Positions 17,152 to 25,006 of a stretch of 26,885 nt of DNA are shown one piece after another. Position numbers and translations under genes: made by a program. Numbering within the stretch: position 1 is the first letter of the stretch; the number at the start of each line of letters is the position of its first letter. Under the pieces are notes generated by a model, which saw only the letters and a program-made list of their open reading frames with translations, was not told where the DNA came from and searched no databases. The stretch comes from a virus (lineage: Duplodnaviria; Caudoviricetes), in the IMG/VR virus record IMGVR_UViG_3300038675_000890, positions 1 through 26,885 of that record. The stretch is one strand, 5' to 3'.

Positions 17152-17399
17152 TGTAACCTTTTCGGGCAAAAAGTAACCGCTCCACAGACAAAGGTTACAC
17201 GAAAGGTTACGCCCGAAAGCCGCAATATATCAACACAATTTGAGGTTTTCTTATGAACTGTAACTTTGTAACCTCAAAAATTAAGGGTATACGCGCGAGG
17301 GCTGTCAACGCGTATACGCGAGCGTGCGCGCGTATACGCGTATATACGCGAACCTCTATTTTTTGAGGTTATATGGTTACAAAGACCAAAAAGGTTACA
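17152..17399. repeat. Putative phage replication origin: GTAAC/GTTAC iterons and CGCGTATACGCG palindromes
   Basis: GTAAC at 17153, 17173, 17260 and 17268; GTTAC at 17194, 17206, 17376 and 17394; palindromes at 17309-17320, 17329-17340 and 17337-17350. Non-coding gap directly after the primase-helicase. Confidence 0.65.
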
Positions 17400-17411
17400 A
17401 GGAGGCAGACT

Positions 17412-17696
17412 GTGGCTGAAAAAGAATTATCGGCAAAAATCCTGTGCTATCTCAAGACCGTGCCAAAGTGCTTCGCGTGGAAGAAGCACGGCGGTATTTA
17501 CGGTACGGCGGGTATTCCCGATATTATCGCCTGCATTGACGGCAGGTTTTACGCCTTTGAGGTCAAAACGCCCGAAGGCAAGACAACTAAACTGCAAGAA
17601 GCGACTATCCGTAAAATCCTCGCCTGTGGCGGCACCGCTTCGGTCGCCCGCTCGATTGACGAGGTGCGAGCTATGATAAACGGCTCTCCGCAATGA
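17412..17696 (+). CDS. VRR-NUC domain nuclease
   Basis: GTG 17412 after AAGGAGG. 'GIPDIIACIDGRFYAFEVK' PD-(D/E)XK motif, then 'LQEATI'. Confidence 0.88.
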   Translation: MAEKELSAKILCYLKTVPKCFAWKKHGGIYGTAGIPDIIACIDGRFYAFEVKTPEGKTTKLQEATIRKILACGGTASVARSIDEVRAMINGSPQ

Positions 17697-17803
17697 TTAC
17701 GAAAACAAAGCTCTCTGTGAAAAGCATATCGCGGCGTGGATGTAATGCTTCTCTGCTTCATCGATGCGCCATATGGCCATTTTTGATGAAGGAGCTTAAT
17801 CAT

Positions 17804-18022
17804 ATGAATACACCATATGAAAACTTGGCAAACGCCATTATCCTGCAGGCAGTCAAAGATTATCGTAACGACTTAAAAAGGCTGGCGAAGCATCCTTTTA
17901 ACAGTGCTGCGTTGGCAGAAAAACGTGAAATTGAGCGGTTCTTCCACTCCGTCTGGTTTGCGGTGCTGACAAGTATCGACCCTGAACTGCTTATCCGCAG
18001 GCTGTGCGAGGAGGTTGCGTGA
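17804..18022 (+). CDS. Conserved small phage hypothetical protein (72 aa)
   Basis: SD AAGGAG. MNTPYENLANAIILQAVKDYR...EIERFFHS resembles a recurrent Firmicutes phage protein found before late activators. Confidence 0.72.
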   Translation: MNTPYENLANAIILQAVKDYRNDLKRLAKHPFNSAALAEKREIERFFHSVWFAVLTSIDPELLIRRLCEEVA

Positions 18023-18023
18023 T

Positions 18024-18536
18024 ATGACCGCGAAAGAATATCTCGGACAGGCATACAGACTCGATCTTCGCATCCAAAGCAAGAAGAATCAGATCGCATC
18101 GCTGGAAAATATGATTATGAACTGCACGCCGGTCATTACCGGAATGCCCCGTAATCCCAGCCCTTCCGTGTCCCCAATGGCAGACGCTGTCTGCAAGATC
18201 GTTGACATTAAAAACGATTTAAAAGATGAGTTGATTCAACTTCTGAATTACAAGATAAGCATCATTGCGATAATCCACGGCGTGAAGAACCTCGAATACC
18301 AGCTGATTCTTGAAAAGCGCTATCTCTGTTATCAGCAGTGGGAGGAGATCGCCTGCGACCTTAATTACTCCGTCAGCTGGGTGCTGAAGCTTCATCGTAA
18401 AGCTCTCAGAGCTGTGGATGCTATCATGGCCGGGAAGGAGAAGAAAAATGGGCTAGCACAAAACGTCTGTTCTTGTCAGACGGAAAACTCCGAAAAGGAT
18501 AGTAAAGTCCACATAAGTCCAGTTGAGTGCCGTTAA
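18024..18536 (+). CDS. RinA/ArpU/DUF1492-like late transcriptional activator
   Basis: 'MTAKEYLGQAYRLD' N-terminus and C-terminal HTH 'LILEKRYLCYQQWEEIACDLNYSVSWVLKLHRKAL'. Sits just before HNH/terS. Confidence 0.82.
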   Translation: MTAKEYLGQAYRLDLRIQSKKNQIASLENMIMNCTPVITGMPRNPSPSVSPMADAVCKIVDIKNDLKDELIQLLNYKISIIAIIHGVKNLEYQLILEKRYLCYQQWEEIACDLNYSVSWVLKLHRKALRAVDAIMAGKEKKNGLAQNVCSCQTENSEKDSKVHISPVECR

Positions 18537-18556
18537 ACTTTTTAGTAGACTATAAT
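18501..18556 (+). promoter_or_regulatory. Putative activator-dependent late promoter
   Basis: 10-bp-phased repeats AGTAAAGTCC/ACATAAGTCC/AGTTGAGTGC (18501-18530), then TATAAT at 18551-18556 with no consensus -35. Confidence 0.5.
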
Positions 18557-18575
18557 TGAAAAACAATATTGTCCG

Positions 18576-18610
18576 AGCCTCGCGGGAGTAATCCCACGGG
18601 GCTTTTGCTT
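18576..18610 (+). terminator. Terminator-like hairpin upstream of HNH
   Basis: AGCCTCGCGGGA-GTAA-TCCCACGGGGCT followed by TTTGCTTT. Confidence 0.55.
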
Positions 18611-18631
18611 TACCCGAACGGAGGTGACTTC

Positions 18632-19000
18632 ATGCCAAAGAAACCCAAGCGAGCCTGTCAGCACCCCGGATGCCCCAAGCTAACCGACGGTTTGTACTGC
18701 GCCGAGCATCAGCGGCAGGCGACCTATCAATACAACCACTACCAACGCGACCCTGCGTCCAACAAACGGTATGGCCGCGCGTGGAAGCGCATCCGCGACC
18801 GCTTCATCAAGGCGCATCCCCTCTGTGAGAAATGCAAGAAGACAGGGCGCTTAATGCCCGCCGAGGAAGTACATCACATTCTTCCGATCTCCCACGGTGG
18901 AACTAACGCGGCAGATAATCTGATGGCGTTGTGCAAAACCTGCCATTCGCGTATCACTGCTGAGAGCGGCGCCCGATGGCACAATGGCAACGGAGGTTAG
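18632..19000 (+). CDS. HNH endonuclease (terminase-associated)
   Basis: SD GGAGGTGA. 'PLCEKC...EVHHILPISHGGTNAADNLMALCKTCHSRIT'. Confidence 0.92.
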   Translation: MPKKPKRACQHPGCPKLTDGLYCAEHQRQATYQYNHYQRDPASNKRYGRAWKRIRDRFIKAHPLCEKCKKTGRLMPAEEVHHILPISHGGTNAADNLMALCKTCHSRITAESGARWHNGNGG

Positions 19001-19217
19001 GTGTAAAAAGTTAACCTAACCAACCTGAAACGAGGTTAGGGATAAATTGTTGCCCTGACCAACATATATTTGGTTCGTCCCAAATTGTAGGGCTAACCTC
19101 TCCGTGGGGCGTCCAAATCCCTAAAACAAAATGATGCGGACAGCGGCGTGGGGTTTCGTGTTGAAAATCGCGCTTTCAAACGGCATATATCCCCGCACAG
19201 GAAGGAGTGTGATGTTT

Positions 19218-19769
19218 ATGGCGAAAGACGGCACCAGTCGTGGCGGGGCGCGACCGGGTTCGGGGCAAAAGAAGAAGGCTATCGCCGACAAAATATTAGA
19301 CGGCAATCCCGGTCACCGCAAGCTGACCGTCATGGAGTTTACAGATACGGCTAATCTCGCTGGGGAGCCGATGCCAGAACCAAGAGACTATCTTTCGGCG
19401 AGGCAAAAGGACGGCTCGACGACGCTTGCGGTAGATGTGTTTCAAAACACATGGTCGTGGCTACAAGCGCGTGGCTGCGCTCAGTATATCGCAACGCAGC
19501 TCATTGAGCTGTACGCGCAGAGCGTGGCGCGATGGATTCAGTGCGAGCAGGCTATCAGCGAGTTCGGCTTTCTGGCAAAGCACCCGACCACGGGCAACGC
19601 CATCCCATCGCCGTATGTGTCGATGTCGCAGAATTTCATGAAGCAGGCGAACAACATCTGGTTTCAGATTTATCAGGTGGTGCGGGAAAACTGCACCACG
19701 GACTATCGCGGCGCGACGCCGCATGACGACGTTATGGAGCGGCTGCTTACGGCAAGAAGAGGTGGTTGA
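19218..19769 (+). CDS. Terminase small subunit, P27 family
   Basis: 'MAKDGTSRGGARPGSGQKKK', 'GNPGHRKL', 'HPTTGNAIPSPYV'. Lies between HNH and the packaging genes. Confidence 0.85.
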   Translation: MAKDGTSRGGARPGSGQKKKAIADKILDGNPGHRKLTVMEFTDTANLAGEPMPEPRDYLSARQKDGSTTLAVDVFQNTWSWLQARGCAQYIATQLIELYAQSVARWIQCEQAISEFGFLAKHPTTGNAIPSPYVSMSQNFMKQANNIWFQIYQVVRENCTTDYRGATPHDDVMERLLTARRGG

Positions 19770-19770
19770 C

Positions 19771-21030
19771 TTGAATATTCAGAAAATCAAAGCCGAGCTT
19801 TTAAATCCTGCGGCATATAATCCCCGAAAAGACCTGAAACCCGGCGACAAGGAGTACGAGAAGCTAAAGCAATCCATTTCCGAGTTCGGCTATGTGGAGC
19901 TGGTCATTTGGAATAAGACGACCGGCAACGTGGTCGGCGGTCATCAGCGGTTAAAGGTGCTGCTCGACCTCGGACAGACGGAAATCGACTGTGTAGTCGT
20001 GGAATTGGATGAGCAGCGGGAAAAGGCACTCAATCTTGCGCTCAATAAGATTCAGGGCGACTGGGACGAAACAAAACTTTCTGCGCTCATGGCGGAATTC
20101 GACGCCTCCGCCTTTGACGTATCCCTCACCGGATTTGACGCCGACGAGGTGGATGCGCTTCTGAACAAGTTCTATTCGAAGGACGCTGTGCAGGATGATT
20201 TCGATGTAGATAAGGAAAAGGACGCTATCGAGGCGTCCGGCGAACCTCGTACAAAGCGCGGCGACGTCTGGCTGCTGGGCAATCACCGTCTGCTGTGCGG
20301 CGACTCAACCTCGGAGGAGGACTTCATAAAGCTCATGGACGGCGCTCACGCCCATTGCGCCGTAACCAGCCCGCCGTACGGCGTGGGCAAGGAGTACGAA
20401 AAAGTGGGCATCGAGCCGTGGTTTGAAACCATGCGCCCGGCTATCAAAAACATTTGCCGTCATGCGGATATTGTGTGCTGGAATATCGGTGACCTGTTTG
20501 CCACCGGCTCACAGTTTATTGAGCCGACGGAGATGTACTCGGTGCAGATGTTCGCGGATAACGGCTTCCGGCCTATCTGGATTCGCATCTGGAAAAAGCA
20601 AGGCATGAACTTCGGCGTCGGCCCCTATCACCTTGTCACCAACAAGCCGGTGCAGCAGTACGAGTACATTACCGCGCTGGCGGCAAACGAGACCGAGGAA
20701 TACAACGATCAGGAATATCAATGGGTATCCGCATTTGCCGAGCATAGCTACAAGTTCGTAAAAAGGCTGACCAAGGACGAACGTAAGAAATGGGGATACG
20801 CAGGCATTTGGGAGATTTCCACTGTTCGCGCCAACAAGAACCATCCGGCGATGTTCCCAGTGGAGCTGCCGTGGCGATGCATCAAGATGCATTCCGATCG
20901 TGGCGGCGTGGTTTTGGAACCGTTTGCCGGGTGCGGTACGACGCTCATCGCCTGTGAGCAAACCGAACGCCGGTGCTACGCGATGGAGCTGTCGCCGATC
21001 TACTGCGACCTCATCGTCAAACGATGGTAA
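19771..21030 (+). CDS. ParB-like N-terminus + DNA methyltransferase with SPPY motif (predicted N4-cytosine); C-terminus probably clipped by a nonsense codon
   Basis: TTG 19771 after GAGGTGG. 'YNPRKDL..VGGHQRL' ParB-like domain, 'VTSPPY', 'HPAMFP', 'EPFAGCGTT'. Confidence 0.85.
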   Translation: MNIQKIKAELLNPAAYNPRKDLKPGDKEYEKLKQSISEFGYVELVIWNKTTGNVVGGHQRLKVLLDLGQTEIDCVVVELDEQREKALNLALNKIQGDWDETKLSALMAEFDASAFDVSLTGFDADEVDALLNKFYSKDAVQDDFDVDKEKDAIEASGEPRTKRGDVWLLGNHRLLCGDSTSEEDFIKLMDGAHAHCAVTSPPYGVGKEYEKVGIEPWFETMRPAIKNICRHADIVCWNIGDLFATGSQFIEPTEMYSVQMFADNGFRPIWIRIWKKQGMNFGVGPYHLVTNKPVQQYEYITALAANETEEYNDQEYQWVSAFAEHSYKFVKRLTKDERKKWGYAGIWEISTVRANKNHPAMFPVELPWRCIKMHSDRGGVVLEPFAGCGTTLIACEQTERRCYAMELSPIYCDLIVKRW

Positions 21031-21071
21031 GCATTTATCGTCGAAAGCGCCGTCAAGCTGGAGGTGTGAAG

Positions 21072-22295
21072 ATGGACATACAGAAAATACCTGCTGCAAA
21101 GCTGAATCCCGCCGCGTATAACCCGCGCAAAGACTTAAAACCGGGCGACCCTGAATATGAGAAGCTGCACCGTTCCATAGAAGAATTCGGCTATGTGGAA
21201 CCTATCATCTGGAACAAACGGACGGAAAACATCATCGGCGGGCACCAGCGGTATAAGGTTCTCGTGACGCTCGGCTACGACGAAATTGACTGCGTAGTGC
21301 TGGATATAGACGAGAACAAAGAAAAAACCCTGAATGTGGCGCTCAACAAAATATCCGGCGAGTTCGATATTCCTCTTCTCAATGATCTGCTGAAGGACAT
21401 CGGCGCGAGCGGTTACGACGTGTCGCTCACTGGCTTCGACGCCGTTGAGATGGGCGCGTTGTTCAAGGATGGTGTTATCGCGGGTATCAAGGAGGATGCT
21501 TTCGATGAACCGCTGCCGGAAACGCCCATTTCCAAGCAGGGCGACATATGGTTTATAGGACGTCATCGTCTCATCTGCGGCGACGCGACCAAACCGGAAA
21601 CCTACGAGCGGCTGATGGACGGCAACCAAGCCAACCTCATTGTAACAGATCCGCCGTATAACGTGGATTACAAAGGCACGGCGGGCAAGCTGAAAAACGA
21701 CAACATGGAGAGCGCCAGGTTTCACGATTTTTTGCTCGCCGCGTACCGCTGTATGTACGACGCGCTGGTGGACGGGGGCAGTATTTATGTTTTCCATGCC
21801 GACCGCGAGACGGTCAATTTCAGGACGGCTTTTGCCGAGGCGGGCTTCTTCTGCCATCAGACCTGCATCTGGATAAAGAACGCGCCGGTTCTGGGCAGAT
21901 GTGATTACCAATATTGCCATGAACCAATCCTCGTGGGCTGGAAGCCTACCGCCGGGCACAACTGGTATGCCGACCGCAAGCAGCGCACGACGTGGAGCTT
22001 CGACCGTCCAACCAAGAGCAAGCACCATCCGACGATGAAGCCGGTGGCGCTTTGCGCCTACCCGATTATGAACAGCTCGCTGACAAACAGCATCGTGCTC
22101 GACCCCTTCGGCGGCAGCGGCAGCACGCTCATGGCCTGCGAGCAAACGGGGCGTATATGCCGCACCATTGAGCTGGACGAGTGTTACGCGGATGTTATTG
22201 TGAAACGGTATATCGGGCAAACGGGCTCGGACGAGGATGTTTACCTCCTGCGGGATACGCAAAAATTGGCGTATAAAGCTATCGAAAAGCTGTGA
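21072..22295 (+). CDS. ParB-like N-terminus + DNA methyltransferase with DPPY motif (predicted N6-adenine)
   Basis: ATG 21072 after GGAGGTG. 'YNPRKDL..IGGHQR', 'VTDPPYNV', 'HPTMKP', 'DPFGGSGST'. Confidence 0.9.
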   Translation: MDIQKIPAAKLNPAAYNPRKDLKPGDPEYEKLHRSIEEFGYVEPIIWNKRTENIIGGHQRYKVLVTLGYDEIDCVVLDIDENKEKTLNVALNKISGEFDIPLLNDLLKDIGASGYDVSLTGFDAVEMGALFKDGVIAGIKEDAFDEPLPETPISKQGDIWFIGRHRLICGDATKPETYERLMDGNQANLIVTDPPYNVDYKGTAGKLKNDNMESARFHDFLLAAYRCMYDALVDGGSIYVFHADRETVNFRTAFAEAGFFCHQTCIWIKNAPVLGRCDYQYCHEPILVGWKPTAGHNWYADRKQRTTWSFDRPTKSKHHPTMKPVALCAYPIMNSSLTNSIVLDPFGGSGSTLMACEQTGRICRTIELDECYADVIVKRYIGQTGSDEDVYLLRDTQKLAYKAIEKL

Positions 22296-22367
22296 AATAA
22301 CGCTTGCTATTTCACAACATCTATGGCTCTATATGTACTGCCAAACGGCAGAAAGGCGGTAAACGCG

Positions 22368-23051
22368 ATGGAAAACAACACAATTAAGCTCAGGTACAAC
22401 GTGACCGGCAGCGAGCGCAAGCGGCTGGTCGCAGCTATGGGCGACATTCTGGTAAGCAAACCGAAATACCTCGGCGCTCCGAGCTTTGCTTACGAAGTGG
22501 ATTATTTCACAATCGACAAAAACGGCATTGTCAGCTTCGATGATCGGGCGGACAGCGAGGAAATTGAAAACCTCATCGAGCGGCTGCAAGAACAGGGCTT
22601 TGCGGCGGCTGCGGCCGATACGGAAAATGATGATATCGGGTTGGTCATCGAAATGCCACGCGCCTCCTTCACCGACACGACGCTGGAAAATCTCAAGCGG
22701 CTGGTGGAGAGCAAGAACAAGCTCATAAAAAAAGCGCTCGGCGCAGAAACCCTCGGCATAATGATCACAGACGACAAGGTGCGGTTCCCGTGGCTTGCGG
22801 ATGGCACCGACCCGGAGACGGTCAAGGCCTACACCCATTTTGTTACGGCGCTGTGCGATATGGCACGGAACCAGAAACGCGTCACAGCGAAGGGAAAAGA
22901 AACCGGCAACGATAAATATGCGTTCCGCTGCTTCCTCCTCCGGTTGGGTTTCATCGGTGAGGACTATAAGGCCGAACGTAAAATTTTGCTCCGAAACCTC
23001 TCCGGCAGCAGCGCTTTCAAAACTCCGAAAGGCGGTGCGGACGATGAATAA
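22368..23051 (+). CDS. Firmicutes phage 'virulence-related protein'-like hypothetical
   Basis: SD AAGGCGGT. 'YLGAPSFAYEV' and 'NDKYAFRCFLLRLGFIGEDYKAERKILLRNLSGSSAF' are characteristic of this uncharacterised family. No evidence of an actual role in virulence. Confidence 0.72.
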   Translation: MENNTIKLRYNVTGSERKRLVAAMGDILVSKPKYLGAPSFAYEVDYFTIDKNGIVSFDDRADSEEIENLIERLQEQGFAAAAADTENDDIGLVIEMPRASFTDTTLENLKRLVESKNKLIKKALGAETLGIMITDDKVRFPWLADGTDPETVKAYTHFVTALCDMARNQKRVTAKGKETGNDKYAFRCFLLRLGFIGEDYKAERKILLRNLSGSSAFKTPKGGADDE

Positions 23052-23286
23052 TAGTTTCCCGTCAAGAGAACTGGTGGAGAGTGTCCGCGCCCAATACCCT
23101 GTAGGTACTCATGTGGAACTTGTCAAAATGGACGATGTGCAAGCTCCGCCGGTCGGCACTCGCGGTACCGTCCTGGGCGTGGACGATATCGGCTCCGTCA
23201 TGGTGCACTGGGACAACGGCAGTTCGCTTCATGTAGTTTATGGTGAAGACGTTTGTAGGATAGTTGGCGACGATATTAAGGAATAA
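23044..23286 (+). CDS. DUF4314-like protein (80 aa)
   Basis: 'YPVGTHVELVKMDDVQAPPVGTRGTVLGVDDIGSVMVHWDNGSSLHVVYGED'. Confidence 0.8.
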   Translation: MNNSFPSRELVESVRAQYPVGTHVELVKMDDVQAPPVGTRGTVLGVDDIGSVMVHWDNGSSLHVVYGEDVCRIVGDDIKE

Positions 23287-23305
23287 CAACATAGTATAAC
23301 CAGCC

Positions 23306-23378
23306 GAGGACGCGCCGGAAACGGCGTGTACCTCTATAGATAGCTTTTGAGGGCTTGCTTTCGGCAGGTCTGTTTTTT
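23306..23378 (+). terminator. GAAA-loop hairpin plus intrinsic terminator before terL
   Basis: GAGGACGCGCCG-GAAA-CGGCGTGTACCTC (23306-23334), then GGGCTTGC-TTTCG-GCAGGTCT-GTTTTTT (23351-23378). Confidence 0.6.
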
Positions 23379-23404
23379 ATGCCCTTTTGGAAGGATCGGT
23401 TCGT

Positions 23405-25006
23405 TTGCGAAAACTGAAAAAGTATGCACCGACAAAATTTATGGCATCAGATTCGGTTTACGACAAAGCTGCAGCCGACTACGCTGTGGCATTCATTCAG
23501 GCGCTCAAGCACACCAAGGGCACATGGTCGGGTCAGCCTTTTGACCTTATTGATTGGCAGGAACGTATCATCCGCGACGTTTTTGGTATCTTGAAGCCCA
23601 ACGGCTACCGGCAGTTCAACACGACCTACATTGAGATACCAAAAAAGAACGGCAAAAGCGAGTTGGCGGCGGCGGTCGCCCTGCTGCTCACTTGCGGCGA
23701 CGGAGAGGAACGCGCTGAGGTCTACGGCTGCGCCGCGGACCGGCAACAGGCGACAATCGTATTTGATGTGGCAAAGGACATGGTGACCATGTGCCCGGCG
23801 CTGGCGAAGCGGGTAAAAATCATGACCACTCAGAAACGCCTGATTTACGTCCCGACCAGCAGCTATTATCAGGTGCTATCGGCGGATGTAGCGAACAAGC
23901 ACGGTTTCAACACCCATGGCGTCATATTTGACGAGCTGCATACCCAGCCAAACAGGAAGCTTTTCGACGTCATGACGAAAGGCAGCGGCGATGCTCGAAT
24001 GCAGCCGCTGTATTTTCTTATCACGACCGCCGGGGACAACACCAACAGCATCTGCTATGAGGTGCATCAAAAGGCCAAGGACATCCTTGAAGGCAGAAAA
24101 CACGACTCAAGTTTCTATCCCGTTATCTATGGTGCGGAGCAGGAGGACAACTGGACAGACACAAAGGTGTGGAAGCGTGTCAATCCGTCCCTTGGCATTA
24201 CGGTCGGTATGGACAAGGTCAAAGCCGCCTGCGAATCGGCAAAGCAGAATCCCGCCGAGGAGAACAGCTTCCGGCAACTCCGATTGAATCAGTGGGTTAA
24301 ACAAGCCGTTCGTTGGATGCCGATGGCAAAATGGGATAAGTGCGCGTTTCCGGTTGACCCGAAGGTATTGGAGGGCCGTATCTGCTATGGCGGACTTGAC
24401 CTGTCCAGCAGCACGGATATTACGGCTTTCGTGCTGGTGTTCCCACCGTTGGATGAAAGCGACAAATATCAGATTTTGCCTTTCTTTTGGATACCGGAGG
24501 ACAATATTGACCTTCGGGTCCGCCGTGACCATGTCCAGTACGATCTCTGGGAGAAACAAAAGCATCTGCTGACCACCGAGGGCAACGTGGTGCATTACGG
24601 TTATATTGAACGGTTCATAGAGGAACTCGGTGAAAAGTACAACATCCGTGAGATCGCCTTCGACCGATGGGGCGCCATACAGATGGTACAGAACCTTGAA
24701 GGTCTTGGCTTCACGGTCGTACCTTTTGGGCAGGGCTTCAAAGATATGTCGCCTCCGACCAAGGAATTGATGAAACTGACGTTAGAGCAAAAAATCGCTC
24801 ACAACGGTCATCCCGTCCTGCGGTGGATGATGGACAACATTTACATCAAAACCGATCCGGCAGGCAACATCAAGCCTGATAAAGAAAAATCCACCGAGAA
24901 AATTGACGGCGCTGTGGCGACTATTATGGCGCTTGATAGAGCGATCCGGTGCGGCAACGACAACAGCGAGTCAGTCTACAATGAAAGGGGTTTGCTGATT
25001 TTATGA
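23405..25006 (+). CDS. Terminase large subunit (Terminase_1 type)
   Basis: TTG 23405. Walker A 'IPKKNGKSEL', Walker B 'VIFDELH', 'ITTAG', nuclease 'GGLDLSS', 'FDRWG', 'KIDGAVA'. Confidence 0.95.
   Translation: MRKLKKYAPTKFMASDSVYDKAAADYAVAFIQALKHTKGTWSGQPFDLIDWQERIIRDVFGILKPNGYRQFNTTYIEIPKKNGKSELAAAVALLLTCGDGEERAEVYGCAADRQQATIVFDVAKDMVTMCPALAKRVKIMTTQKRLIYVPTSSYYQVLSADVANKHGFNTHGVIFDELHTQPNRKLFDVMTKGSGDARMQPLYFLITTAGDNTNSICYEVHQKAKDILEGRKHDSSFYPVIYGAEQEDNWTDTKVWKRVNPSLGITVGMDKVKAACESAKQNPAEENSFRQLRLNQWVKQAVRWMPMAKWDKCAFPVDPKVLEGRICYGGLDLSSSTDITAFVLVFPPLDESDKYQILPFFWIPEDNIDLRVRRDHVQYDLWEKQKHLLTTEGNVVHYGYIERFIEELGEKYNIREIAFDRWGAIQMVQNLEGLGFTVVPFGQGFKDMSPPTKELMKLTLEQKIAHNGHPVLRWMMDNIYIKTDPAGNIKPDKEKSTEKIDGAVATIMALDRAIRCGNDNSESVYNERGLLIL

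Noticed and set aside
17152-17399. Repeats as a CRISPR array
   Set aside because: The units are 5-14 bp, occur in both orientations and have no regular spacers, and no cas genes are present.
21135-22262. 375-aa minus-strand ORF
   Set aside because: It is an antisense shadow of the DPPY methyltransferase, as expected from GC-rich codon usage, and has no motifs.
12257-25006. Inteins or introns in PolA, primase or TerL
   Set aside because: Lengths and motif spacing are normal, with no splice-junction motifs or frame breaks seen.
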